The notes beneath the pieces are model-generated. The model ran no database searches, was not told where the DNA came from, and was given only the letters and a program-made list of their open reading frames with translations. From Lama guanicoe (taxonomy: Eukaryota), in the NCBI GenBank assembly GCA_013239625.1, contig MU054204.1, positions 272,879-336,878 of the forward strand: a stretch of 64,000 nucleotides of DNA, in the 5' to 3' direction. Each line of letters begins with the position of its first letter. The first letter of the stretch is position 1. Below are positions 1 to 13,015 of this stretch, piece by piece. A program made the translations under genes and the position numbers.

Positions 1-814
1 CCACTTGCTTGTTCTCAAGTTACTTCCCCAGGCCCAAAGTGTGACAGTGCTTTCCTAGGGGACACAGCCAGTCTCCCTGTTGCTCCAGACCAGCTAGAGG
101 ACTTGCAAAAAGCAGAGGCAACCGCTTGCATGGGCCTGGCCTTGACAATGGATGACTTTACCTCTTTCACACTGATTAGTGAAGGATGGGATCTGAATTA
201 ACGGGAAGAATGCTAAGAGAATCTTTCTAAAAAATGAATGGAAAAGGCAAGCAAGAAGGGGTGGATATGCTCTCTAAATGGTAGGACTCCTTTTTCTGTT
301 GGGAATCATCCCAGGGCTAGAAAAGATGCCAGAGCTGTGGGAGAGGATGAGCCCATGAGCCAGTGCTTGAGCATCTTGACCTTGGGTTCAAGTGGACATG
401 GCAGAACTACCTTAGACCATGCTGCAACTTCACTCTTTTCCTTAAATTTTCCAGTCTACTCCTTTTCCCAAAAAAGTTGCTCTCTAGGTTTTTATTTGTT
501 TGCTTGTTTTAATTCATTTGCAAAAGGGAGTTTGCAAACCCCAAACCTGGTTGGATGTCAGGGGAGTTGGTTAAAACATTTGAGTCCTGTACAAACACCA
601 TAATCTAAGGTCTTGGCTCAAGCTGCAAACAATTCCCAAGAAACAAAAAGTGATCAGCAATTAAGTTGAAAGTTGACATAAAAGGATTTCCAAGGTTGAG
701 ACCCTGTGAATCCCACAGGGTGGGGTGAAATAAGAAGCACTTCACTGAGATGTCCCTACTCAATAGAGCTCTCATTAAGTGCTCAGCAATTTAAATGTGG
801 TTCCACCAATAATC

Positions 815-1100
815 ACTCTGTGAGGACGTCATTATTATTCTCCCCATTGAACAGATAAGAAGGCATGTTTCAAGGGGAGAGGGTATAGCTCAGTGGTAGA
901 GTGCATACTTAACATGTGTAAGGTCCCAGATTCAATCCGCAGTACCTCCATTAAAATAAACAAACAAACAAACTTAATTACCTACCCCCCAAAAGAAACA
1001 AAATTAAAGTGTTAAAAAAAAAGGCGTGTTTCAGAGAGATGCAGTGACTTGCCCAAGGTCTAAGTGCTACTAAATGACAGAGCCAGAATTTGAACTATGC
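815..1100 (-). mobile_element. MIR SINE, interrupted by a young SINE
   Basis: attattattctccccatt..acagataagaa...cagagagatgcagtgacttgcccaaggtc...gagccagaatttgaac matches the reverse MIR core. Confidence 0.8.
874..1020 (+). mobile_element. tRNA-derived SINE, vic-1-like (camelid)
   Basis: A box (tagctcagtggtag), B box-like (gattcaatcc), A-rich linker, taattacct..cccc tail; TSD aaggc(a/g)tgtttca at 860-872 and 1021-1033. Confidence 0.9.
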
Positions 1101-1214
1101 CTACGCATACCATTGTCTTAGCTTATGTGTATTGTTTATGGAATGAATAGATTAATGAACAGTCTTTCTGATGTGATCCAGGATCATTTTGGGAGGCCTG
1201 TTGGTATGTGCTTC

Positions 1215-1640
1215 TGACATTTTACAACAGAATTTTTCAAACATACAGAAAAATTGAAAGAATTTTCCATTGAAAACTCATCTACCCATTGTTTAGATTC
1301 TATTATTGACATTTTACTATATTTGTTTTATCACATATCTGTTCATTTGTTGATTCCCTTCTATCCATCCATCAATCCCTCTTATTTTCTGATGCATTTC
1401 AAAGTAAATTGAAGACATCAGTACAGGTCCCTATTAAACATTTCAGCATGCATATCATTTATGCTTGTTTATAGTTCATTCTTTTTGTTCTTGTGAGGTA
1501 ACATTTACATACAGTGAAATATATAAAACTTTAGTGTATCATTGGGTGAGTTTTGGCACACCCTGCACCTATGTATCTCAAACCCCTATCAATATATATA
1601 GAACATTATCATCAGCCCAGAAATTTTCTTCATGCATGCT
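1215..1640 (-). mobile_element. Old L1 (L1MC/MD-like) 3' fragment
   Basis: tttcaaacatacagaaaaattgaaagaa... and gcatttcaaagtaaattgaagacatcagtac are typical reverse old-L1 3'UTR. Confidence 0.65.
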
Positions 1641-2424
1641 GCCTTTAACTGTGCTATACAAGTTCCCTAACTGAATCAGCAACTACATTGGAAGCCAGAA
1701 GTGAATGCTTTTAACTGGGAGACTGTGTTGAGATAACTTTTCATTCATTGACTGATGCTCTGGGGGAGAACCAGGTGGCACTTACCAGGATGTGGTCCTC
1801 AGGCCCCTCTTCTTTGATCAGTTTCACCTGGAAGCACTTCTCCTTTCAAGCAAACATTTGTGAAAGGTTTCCCTTTGATTACAGCAATTACCTTTATCAA
1901 TTTAAACTGAAGTGAAACAATGAATAATTTGTTGTCTTTTATTGTAATATAACATCAGTTATATATAAGGGCCCGCTCTTTTCAGCAGGGACTCTTTCAT
2001 CTGTTTGTTTAAAAGGAAAAATAATGCTGCTAAAGATAAAATGTTCCCGACTGGGACCTCAAAGTGAGCCCCAGTCAGTTCATTGAAACTCAGATCAGGG
2101 CTAAGAGCTGAAATATACACAGAACACCCCTAAGGAGTGTGTATGCCTGAGTAGGATTTAAATGAGAAACCCAAGAGCCTTTGGCCTATTTGAAAAAAGG
2201 TCTATTGGAGCAGATAAGCAGTTACCTCCTTGAGACCCAGGCTTCGAGTCATTTGGCATACAGCAAGAGCCAGGCTATTCCCTGATCCCAGGATTCAGAA
2301 AGGCATTTCGACTGAATTGGCAGTGATAGTGATAGGCCTACCAAACATGACTGTGGCTTTGGTCCTTTTGGTTAATGATACTGTTGCTGGTGGGCAGTGG
2401 GATCATCACCACTAGGACTTCTGA

Positions 2425-2615
2425 TCCAGGGATTTTTCACCAAGTTAGAGTTTATCAGAATCACCCTGAGGGATTGAAATGCAAATGGCTGGGGCCCACC
2501 CTCAGAGTTTGTGATTCATTACATCTCGGGTGGGTTCTGAAAATCTGCATTTCTAACAAGGTCCCAGGAGATGCTGCTGCTGTTGGTTCAGGGACCACAC
2601 TTTGTGGACCACTGC
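2425..2615. mobile_element. MER5A-like hAT-Charlie MITE
   Basis: atcagaatcacc...cccaccctcagagtt...ctgcatttctaacaag..cccagg..atgctg..gggaccacacttt. Confidence 0.85.
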
Positions 2616-5600
2616 TTGAATGAATGAATGAATGAATAGGATCTCTTGTTCAAGATGGCATTTCTTCCCCTCTGTACCCTTATGGTATTATTTCTAGTTG
2701 ACGGTGTAGGGTGTCCCTGTTCCTACTAAGTTTTAGAGTGGGAGGGTACTAGAGAGGACATAGATACTACTTCTTTCTCCAACCTGCACAACAGGAATTT
2801 CAGTTCATACTGGCGCTTATTATGACCCTGGCTTTTTTACGGTCCTAACTGATCTTGCTGCTGACAAGGAAAGAACCCAGGCCTCAAACCACGTGGCACA
2901 GTTTTAACTCACCACCTGTGTTGGGACCCTTAGAAAGAGATAATATGGGGCTACAGAGATCATACATCCCAGATTTCCAGGACAGCTCTAATTTCATAAA
3001 TTCTATCCTCTTGTCCCCATAAACATCATTGTCAGGACATATCCTGCTTTGGGGTTCAGAAAATATTGTTCCCATATACATGGCTTAGGGGCCCTGGAGA
3101 GCCAAAAGCAAGTCTTCACTTTCTGGTGATTGTGGGGGGCAGGCCCCAAAGCTTGGCTCATAAAAAGGGCTAAGGAAATGGGGTAAATCTAAAGATTTGA
3201 GATCAGCAACAAGCTGCTTGTTGCTTATTCTTTTTTTCCCCCAAGCATCTCTCGGGTGATCCCTGTTACAGATCCCTGATTGTTACAAATATGAGATTCC
3301 AAGTGCAGAGAGGGGCTGGATTGGACCTCTGGCTGCCCCTCTCTCCTCCTTCACCCACCCTCTGGAAGGACCACACAGAAAGAGTGCAGACAGAAGAGCC
3401 ACTCCAAAGAAGGAAATGCCACATCCTTCATTGACTGACCACTCAGTCTAATATTTACCTACTTTCTCTGGCAGGAAGTCCTTCCTTCTTGCTCACATCA
3501 GTCCCTCTCATTGCAATTTCAGTTTCTTTTCCCTCTGGTTCTGCTTTCAATCAAAATTGTGAACAGCTGGTCCTCACCCTCTGTATTCTTTATGTACTTA
3601 AAAGTCCTATTCAACCATCCTTCCTGGGTCCAGGTTTCACCATCCTTGGAGTGCCTTTATCCTTCTTGCATGTATCTGACTCGCCAATCATTTCATTATC
3701 TTTGCCGGGGGAAGCAGCAGAGTCAGTTTGGGCCAACGGTGCAGCCAAGCCTAAAGCTTTCTAACTTGTGCTAATGGGCATGCTAAATGTTTAGTAGAGG
3801 CTATTTTCGAGCACGCAATTGTGAACAATTTAAAGTGGACTGTACATGGAACCCATTTCCTCTCCCGGCTCCCCCAACAGGGCCTCCCCTTAGCAGCTGA
3901 AATGAGTTAGTGGTAATCAGCGTAGAGGAGGAATCCTGTGGTTTCTGCCCTTCCCTCCTGCTGCTTCTGTGGCAGCTAGTCTCTGAAAATAAGCTTTCTC
4001 CTGAGTATGGTCAGTAAATGTGACTTTGGAATCAGTTGGGCGATGGGTCGCAGAATCACGTTAGCCTACGAGCCAGGGGCAGGAGTGTGCCGAAGTGCCG
4101 AAGTTGCATGTGAAGTTTAGGAGAGGCTGGGGAGATGGGGGTGAACAGGGATCCCCGTGAGAGAGGCTGGACCGAGACTGTTTGCAATCACCAGGCTGAT
4201 GGCACCTCCGAGTTGTGCATGCCTGTTTTTGCACGTTTGGGGAGGACGGGTTTGGCCTTTGTTTATTTGGCTTTTGTCCACGGCACCAACTCTGTGAAAG
4301 TCAGGCCAGCAGTCTGGCAGAATCCCAGCCTTGGGGCCAGTTAGGTTCCAAAAGAGAGGATGGTGACTTGCCACACGACAGGATGCTCTTGGTCAGCAGG
4401 GTTATGTGCCTTGGGTGGGATGCATGACTGAGCTGGTCATAGGGTGTTGGGGGGGAGGCTACTGTCTTAGGTCCCACACTGCAGGTGTGGTGCAGAACCT
4501 CTCCTGATCAGGATGAAACAGATCTAGCTGACGGCACTGCTGAGGAAAAGCATAGCACCAACTGATATGTCTCCTGTTCTCATCTCCTTTTTAATAAAAC
4601 CTGAAAAGCTCTCCTCTTTATAAACCAGGCATTTTGTCTCAGCAAAGCTTCAGGAGCAGTTAACAGACCCGCCCAGAAAGAAGGAAGAGAAAATGAGAAG
4701 AAAAAAAAAAGAAGTTGGCATTTGTAGGAATGTGTCATTGAAGGCTTCATCACAGATACACTCAAGATTGAGACAGGAACAGAAATTGTCTTGAGGTGGG
4801 GGTGGGGAGAGCAGTTTGATTGAAGCATTAGCTGCCTTGGCCCTGAGCCAAGGCAAATTGCCAGAGAACCATTAAACTCTTTGTAATTCCGTATAATTCA
4901 CAGCAGCCACAGGTAATCTGAATCAGACCTGACAAAACTTCCCTATCACTTATTGCCCATGAGGGCTGAAGGCATATTCCATATATTTAAACTTTTTTTT
5001 TTCACTCATCTCATCGTGGCCATATTTTCCAAAACCCAAATCAGGAAACCTGGCTTCACAAAGGATTTTTTTTTCAGACTTGTGAATATGTTTCTTTGAA
5101 AACCCTCACAAAGGTATAAACATGAAATCACACTTAAACACTGAACAAATGGCCTTTAAGGAAGGGACTGTAGTCACATGAAATTGGGCTGGGCAACCTC
5201 ATTCAGACAGGTCCCCCCTAACACACACACCTTTTTAGGGGTCTGAGGGAATTGGTTAACTAAGCTCTAAATCAAATTAGAATCTGGTTTATGCCCATTG
5301 TCTGGATTTGCTCTTAAAATGTTCAGGGATGGGAGACTGAAAGGGCCTGTTGTAATGTCTGTACACAGGAAGGTGGGGTAGATGTTGCTTTGAATTCCCA
5401 GATGCTGGGAGCAGTTAAATCTCCCAGTGTTCATGCTCTGTTTGTGAGGGCTTGTGTGTGTTTTAAATTAACGTCCTAGGGCTGGGAATGTTACAAACTA
5501 AAGAGAATCGTATATGGATACAAGATATTGTTCTCATGCACCTCAGTTCACTTAAAAGCTTTGTCCCTCCCACCAAATTAAGAGTTGAGCATTCACCTCT

Positions 5601-5954
5601 GGGCACTCACCACAAAGAGGAGCTATTTAGTGCAAAGGATAGTTATTCCAGAATATCCTGAGCCAATAATAAAAATAATGCTTTTTAAAAGGCTTGGAAA
5701 CCTAAAGTGCCTCTTTAAGCAGACCTCTCTGGCTTTCTAGTTAAGGATCATGAGTAGCAATATACCTATGGAAAACAAAAATGTTTTGTCACAATCTGGC
5801 AGAAGAATATATTTAAAGCCAAATAGATTCTCTAGTAAGTTACGTGACAGCTCTGAACCTCAGGTACATGATCAGAAAAGTGAAAATAATGTTACTTGTC
5901 CAGAATCAGGTAAATGAGTGGAGTGATATCCTGTGGTCCCTTCTAATTCTAAGT

Positions 5955-6460
5955 TCAAAAAAGATTTATTGAGCAACTACTATGTACTCAGTACAGACAT
6001 GTCTTTTCCTAGGTCCAGTGATAGAACTGGCAAAAGACATTGTCTGACTGTCTCTCCCACTACAATGCAGGTATTCTGACAGAAAGTAAACACATGTAGA
6101 AATAAATGGACTAATGCAAAATGATCAATCCTATGGAAAAAATAAAACATGATAATGTGATGGAGAATGATGGGGGTTGGGATTGGTGAAACAAAGAAGG
6201 AATCTATACTGGTAGTCAGGGAAGGCCTCTCTGAGGGCTAGCATTTGAGCTGACACCTAAACGATGAAAGGAGCTACAGAGAGATCTAGAAAAAGAATGT
6301 TCTCAATGGCGAGAACAGCTAGTGCAAAGGTCCTGGGGTGGGGATGGACTTGACTTCTCTGAAGAATGTAAAGTTCAATATGACCACAGTATGTGTGGGA
6401 AATGACACCAAAAAGACAGACCTGGCCAGACTGTGTAGGGCCTCTAATTTGCTGCTCTTT
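5955..6460 (-). mobile_element. L2 3' fragment
   Basis: atttattgagcaactactatgt; gtcagggaaggcctctctgagg..catttgagctga; gtgcaaaggtcctgggg. Confidence 0.8.
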
Positions 6461-7127
6461 ACACTGTAAGAAGCATTTCTTGGTTCCTCTGATTCAATTA
6501 ATGAACATAAATGCCAAATGTTAATGATAGGGGTGCTTGATGTCTGCGCATAAGAAACCCAGGAAGAGGCACTGGCGAGGGACGGGGAGGGGAGGTGAAA
6601 ACAGAGAAAGCAAGCTCAGATGCCTAGGGGAGATGCCTAGGGAATGGAAGAGTGATTGTGTACCCAGGAGAAGTGCTTAGGGAGGGCTGGAGAAAGTTTG
6701 GAGGGAAGAGGAAAAGCACCAGAGTGACCTTGGCTGTGAGGAACACCCTCAGTGCCTAGGTTTGTGGAGTCCACTGACAAAAGGGGTCAACCATCATAGG
6801 AGAAGAGACAGGGCTCTGCCCTTGTGTTTAATGTGAGAGAAGTGGGGGAGTGAACAGGGACAGGAGGTAAAAGTCTGGTCCTTTCTTTTCATCCTGCCTT
6901 AACCTGCAAAGCCAGCCTGCTAACCAGGACAAAGGCTCCCACACTGCTTTACCTTTATTTATTCCTCAGACTTTGAACTCAAATGCCCATCATCTCTTCA
7001 TTTTCTTCCCAAATGAATTCTGGCTGCAAAGGGAAATACATTCTGATGTAGGAGTCCCTGCTCAACACTAGCACACAAGTAATTGAGTACATTTTCTCTC
7101 CCCAACTTTTTTTCCAATTGTGGAAAT

Positions 7128-7322
7128 TTTTTTTTATTAAAGTATAGTCAGTTACAATGTGTCAGTTTCTGGTATACAGCATAATGTTTCAGTCATACAT
7201 ATACATACATATATTCACTTTCATGTTCTTTTTCATTGTAGGTTACTGCAAGATATTGAGTATAGTTCTCTGTGCTATACAGAAGAAATTTTTTTATCTA
7301 CTTTATATATAGTAGTTAATAT
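7128..7322 (-). mobile_element. Young L1 3' tail (~190 bp)
   Basis: polyT followed by aagtatagtcagttacaatgtgtc...tgtgctatacagaagaaa; reverse of the L1 tails at 20100-20250 and 62100-62260. Confidence 0.85.
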
Positions 7323-8284
7323 TTATGTCATTTGATGCATCTTGTTGAGGAGGAAAGAGATAGTATGTCATTTCTCAGTCAACATGTGAACAGGATGGTG
7401 GCTTGGAACGGAACAGTGTGATGGCTTCCTTGTGCCCAGATTTGTAGCAAGATGTGACAGCAGCAACCAAGTGTGCCAGTTTAATTTAAAATGGGATCTC
7501 TCCTAGGGTCAGTAAGGAATATTATTGTGATTACCTTTGCAATGTACATGTGTACCTTGGTAGGTTATTTCTGTGGGAGTTTTTGGCTTTGGTAGCAATT
7601 ATGCAGAAGGATGGGAGGAAATTAAATGCCTCTTTTCCCCCTTTTTATCTAACACTGTTCCAAGGGCTAAATGAAGACCAAAGATTCAAATCACTGCTGG
7701 GGGGAGGGGGCCTGGGCAGAGGCAAACAATGTTCTGTGAGCAGAATTCAGGGGCCCAACGGTGGAAAACGGAAAGCCAGCCCCCTCCCCTTTGGTCCCCA
7801 CCTGGTAGAGGGCACACAGGTGCCCAGGAAGCTGGACAAGTGGGTTCCAGGCAGTAGAGCAAAAACCTAGCGGTTTCCAGAGGCAGCCTTTTGTCCCTTC
7901 CCTGAAGGGTGTTAGTCCTCTGGTCTTTTTCCAGTCAGAAATGACTAATGTTGGGTGTGCACTCTTTAGAACCTGTCTTTAGCTTTTTGCATAATGGGTG
8001 ATAAATAAATGGCTTCAGGGAACCAGAAATGAGTTATTGAGTGAACCTGGCTTTGGGATGGTTTGGATTCCGGATAGTTAATCACATCCTCTTGGGCTGG
8101 AAGGCTGGATCTAACTCATTCACATTCAGCTGGAAAGTTAAAAAGACACTTTTGATCAATTTGAAGAATAGTTTTTAACATCAACAATAGATTGGTATTA
8201 GAGAAATAAAGATTATATTAATCCAAGTAGAATTATTCCCAGCTCTGTGTAGTAATCTGGTAGAATTTAACACCCACTTTAAAA

Positions 8285-8472
8285 AATAATTTATTGAAGT
8301 GTAGTTAATTTACAATGTTAGTTTCAGGGGTACAGCAGAGTGATTCAGTTATACATATACATACATTTTTTTCAGATTCTTTTTCATTATAGATTATTAC
8401 AAGAAATTAAATATAGTTCCTGGTGCTATACAGTAGGTGTTTGTTGTTTATCTATTGTATATATAGTAATGT
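8285..8472 (-). mobile_element. L1 3' tail
   Basis: tttattgaagtgtagttaatttacaatgttagtttcagg...gtgctatacagtagg. Confidence 0.85.
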
Positions 8473-9410
8473 CCCATTCTTATTTTTGATTTTGGCCTTT
8501 CTTACAAGCAGAGTTCATAAATTCCAAATGGTTAATATGTCCTATTTACAGAATTTATATTTTAGGTGGTATATAAAAGACTGGTGGTCTTTTCAGTCCC
8601 CTGGGCTCAGCTGCTAGATTTGCACACCATGCTCTCTTAATACTGGGAGGGGCATCATGGACTTTCTGGTTTGTTTTAGACTGTTTGAACCCTATACAAG
8701 GGAGGTTACATCACTATTGTACACAGTGCATTCTTTTGCTTGCAACCGCTTCTAGAAGTCAGGAGCAAAGTCTTTAGTACGCGACCATACCATGTCCTCC
8801 AGTTTCTTCCATCCCAGTCCTCCCTGAACTCTCTCTGCCACATCAACTCTGCAAGGGTCTTTGTTCACTTGTACCACTGAAATTCATAGCTTATTAGACC
8901 ACTAAGAAGCATAGGTCATCCAATAGGAGGCAGTAATGATGCTTCTCAGAGTAGGTATGAGGAATCGTGGGGACCATGACAAAGAGGCATGCCTGGGATA
9001 GACAGAAGGCACAGAAGTAGATGGCTCCAAGATTGGACAAGAGATTGATTCTGGCTTTATGATGTGTCAAGATAGAAATTGGTTGGTGATTAAAAATAAA
9101 ACAAAACACGTTTCATCTTTACCAGTTGGCAGGTAAAGAAAATGAAGTGTCTTCATTTTCATTTCCTACTGAAATTATTCACCTTATTGGAAGAGTGGTG
9201 GGGCAGCGGGAGGGGAGTAGATAAATACTGTCTCAAAGCCCAAAGGAACAACGGGCAAATTCGTAAATTATAGCACTTGTAAAGGCTACCCTGTAAGTGA
9301 AATGTTTTGCTTTGGTTAAAACTGTATGGGAAAATAGTGCCCAATCCTTGGGCCCTACCTCAAAAATCTATTCTATATAGTGTAGGGTTCTTGGTTTTTT
9401 AGAAATTCTT

Positions 9411-9518
9411 ATTTACTTATTTATTATTAGTTTTTTTTTTAACGGAGGTACTGAGGATTAAACCCAGGACCTCGTGCATGCTAAGTACACACTCTACCAC
9501 TGAGCTATACCTTCCCCC
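9411..9518 (-). mobile_element. vic-1-like SINE, short form
   Basis: ggaggtactgaggattaaacccaggacctc...ctctaccactgagctatacc; flanking aaattctt repeat. Confidence 0.88.
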
Positions 9519-9812
9519 TAAAATTCTTTCTTAAATAAAGGGATAACTTATGTATATAGTAAAATGCACATATCCCAATGAATTTTTAGATGTGTATAGG
9601 TCCATGCAATCAGTTTCCATGTCAACATGTGAAACATTTCCGACACCCCTGAAAGTTACGCTCCTATGCTTCCTTGGCCAGTAGACCCTCTCAAAGTTGA
9701 GCACTCTTCTGAGTTTTATCACCATAGATTAGTTTTGTCTGTTCTTGTCCTTTAAATAAAATGGACTCATACAGTATGTATTGTTTTAGTCTGGTCTCTC
9801 ACTCAATATAAT

Positions 9813-10347
9813 TTTTTTTTCTTTTTTAAATATATATTTTTGTTTTTATTTGTTTTGTTTTGTTTGGGAGGGAGGTAATTAGGTTTGTTTGTTTATTTAT
9901 TTATTTTTTAATTGAATTTTCTGTTTATTAATTTTTTACAATATTATTTTCTTTTTTTTATCAACCAAATTCCATAGTTTACATTAGGGTTCACTCTTGA
10001 TATTGTACATTCAGTAATGAATAATGACATGTAGTCACCACTATGGTATCATACAGAATAATTTAATTACCCTAAAAATCCCTTGTGCTCCATCTATTCA
10101 TTCCTCCCTCCCTCCCTCTCTCCAAACCCCTGAAAACCACGAGCTTTTTATTGTTTCTGTAGCTGTGCCTTTTCCAGAATGTCATTTGGTTGGAATCATA
10201 CAGTTTGTGGCCTTTTCAGACTAGCTTCTTCCATTTAGTAATATGTCTTTTAAGTTTCTTGATGGAGGTACTGGGGATCGAACCCAAGACCTCATGCATG
10301 CTAACCATGCACCCTACTGCCAAGCTATACTGAAACACCTTCTCCTG
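9813..10347 (-). mobile_element. vic-1-like SINE split by an L1MC-like segment
   Basis: Tail (gggaggtaattaggtttgttt) at ~9865-9910, head (atggaggtactgggg...agctatac) at 10262-10330; TSD caat(a/g)taat at 9804-9812 and 10348-10356. Confidence 0.75.
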
Positions 10348-10504
10348 CAATGTAATATTTTTGGTAGTCATCCATTTCATTGACTGTATCAGCAGTTTGT
10401 TCTTTTTAATTGTTATGTAGTATGCCACTTTGTGTATATGTATGTTTTGATAGGTCATTCCTAGTTTTTGTCTGTTGTGAATAAAGCTGCTATGAACAAT
10501 CAAG

Positions 10505-10510
<6 letters not shown>

Positions 10511-10557
<47 letters not shown>
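10511..10557. repeat. (TG)n microsatellite
   Basis: Perfect TG run of about 23 units. Confidence 0.97.
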
Positions 10558-10559
<2 letters not shown>

Positions 10560-12849
10560 CCACACATGTGCTGCTTTCTCTTGGGTATACCTAGGTGTAT
10601 AATTTCTAGGTCTGAAGGTATACAGATTTCCAAAGTGGCTGTACAATTTTACACTCCCACCAGCAATGTGGAGATCAATTTGCTGTCCACTATTGCCAAT
10701 ACTTAGTATTTCTAGTGTTTTTAATTTTAGACATTCTGGGGGATGTGTAGTGATATTTTACTATTATTTTAAATGGCATTTCTCCAATGAGAAATGATAT
10801 TGAGCACCTTTTCATATGCCTTTCGGGCACTTGATTATCTTTTTTAGTGAACTTCCTGTTCAAGTCTTTTATCAATTGTTAATTGGTTGTCTTTTTCTTA
10901 CTGATTTGTAGGAGTCCTTTTTATATTCTGGATATATGTCCTTTGTCAGATGTATGTATTAAGACTATGTTTCCAGTCTGTGGCTTGCCTTTTCACTTTT
11001 TTAGTGACATTTTTAATGAGCATTTTTAAAAAATTTGATGAACTCCAATATAGCACTACTTCTTTTATGGTTATTACTTTTTGTATTCTACCCCCCAAAA
11101 ATCGGCCCACCTCAAGGTTGCAAAGATATTCTCCCTTTAAAAGCTTTTTGGTTTTAGTCCCCTATGATCTGGCCAATTTTTTTAATAAAAATTTACATCA
11201 GTATTAATGCCTTGAGCTTGTGTCCCCAATCTACATAATTTTCCTTATGGATGATATAATTGACCACCACCAATATTGAGACCAATAAGGCTTGATTTTT
11301 TCTTAAATTAGATAAACATAAATATAAAATGGAAGTTTCATTATCTCCCTTTCCAGCAGATCATTTTGTGCATGGCCTGGGATCAATAAATCCACTCTGG
11401 ACACTACTGTTTTAAACCACCAAAGGCTAAATAACATTTCTGACAGACACTAATAACATTAATTTTAGCAAAAGACTTCAAGGTAAACAAATGGCTGTGG
11501 TTGACAAAGTGCAAAAAGGATCCAATAAATATGTTTGCTAATAATGTAAGAAACTCTGAGTTTACTCTTGCACAGTGATGTTTTGTCCCCCTTACCTAAC
11601 TTCCGGAGATAGCAGGACTGATCTGACTAGATAGGAGCAAAGCCAAACTCGCTTTTGTTCACTGATGTAGGGTACAGTGGTTTTGACTCCCTATCCCATT
11701 CCCCATCACCAAATTCCTAGAGCTGCACCTGGCTCTGGACAGACTGAGTTTTTGGCAAAGATATTCAGAATTTGACTTGGGCTAATCCTCGGGGAAACTT
11801 AATGAGTTGGAGTTTAGAGGGCTTTTGTTGTGAGGATTAGTAAACTAGATGGTAATTAAGCAGCTGGGGAGGAAGGAGTTGTCTGTAAGGAGAGGTCATA
11901 CTGTGGGGCACAGCACAGTTTCCTTGGTCCAAGGTCAGGAGAGCCAATGGGCCTGATGCACAGGACTTTACATTCCAGGGCAAGCCCTTGTACGAGTTGG
12001 GTATCTACTTCTTAGCTGATAAAGGAAAGAAAATCTCCTTTGGTGTCCACCACCTCAGTCTAGCTCCACACAGGAATTCTTACTTAGAACCAGGCCTACT
12101 TACATCTCTTTAATTGGTGGATGGTTTTGAATTCTCATTTATTTAAGAGAGAGGTTTTTGTTTTCTGTTTTGCCTTTTGGGAAGCTGGGGCAAGATAGGG
12201 AAGATGAAATTAGGAACAGTGGTTTCTTGTTTTTCAAATAGAGATGACTTTGGAATTGAAGAGGTATTTTGAAGGGAGGGAGTTGCTAAGAGAAACAAGT
12301 TAGGGCAGCCTGTACGTCTGCAACCTGGGATCAGACTGTTGAAAGCCATGGCAGAGAGATTGCAGAGGTTTCAAATCTGTGTCTCCCCTGTCTGGCTCAC
12401 TCTGATTAATCTCTCCGAGCGTGATCAGAGTCTAAGGGATAGCAATGGGGTAAGAGAAGGCAGATCAGAAACAGCCCCCAACCTGTGGTCTGCTCAAATC
12501 AAACTAAGTTTCAGAATAAGCACACACTTTATCTACTATTTGATGATCCTGCTTCCTAGTATTTAAACTTCTCAAAGCCAGCTTATCTCCATCTCTACAT
12601 TTTCTCTCTATTGATTCCCAGAAAAGACCAAATTGCTGAATTGGTGTCTGGAGTGTTACTAAAAACTTGAAAAGCTTTTAAAGGGTGATAAAGACATTCA
12701 GAAGATATTCTTATTTTCTTAAGCAATATAGCTACTGTATTTTGGGCAGACCTCCATTTATGTATTTCTTAAAAAAATTACAAAATTAGCTATGTTGTTT
12801 GCCTTCTTAGACTATAGACAAGCTGGTGGAGGTAGGGGAATGGGTGGGT

Positions 12850-13015
12850 ACAGTCAACCCTAGGTATCTGTCAGAGGTTGGTTCTAAGACCCCTGTGGAT
12901 ACCAAAATCCATGGAAGTTCATGTACCTTACAGTTGGCCCTCCCTATTGGTGGGGTTCCACATCCATGAAATTGATCAAGAAGATGAACCCGCAGGTGCA
13001 GAACCCGCGGATTGA
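12850..13015 (+). mobile_element. TcMar-Tigger (MER2-like) MITE fragment
   Basis: ta|cagtcaaccctaggtatctg..ttggttctaagacccctgtggataccaaaatccatgga resembles the MER2 terminus. Confidence 0.6.

Larger units (their letters stand above)
9530..11160 (-). mobile_element. Old L1 (L1MB/ME-like) 3' region, interrupted
   Basis: gtaaaatgcaca..., ttttatcaccatagattagttttg, aataaagctgctatgaaca, cactcccaccagcaatgt; ORF 10690-10875 resembles the L1 ORF2 C-terminus (HMKRCSIS). Confidence 0.8.

Noticed and set aside
874..950. tRNA-like sequences here and at the other SINE heads
   Set aside because: They are followed by SINE linker/tail and TSDs and lack an intact cloverleaf, so they are SINEs rather than tRNA genes.
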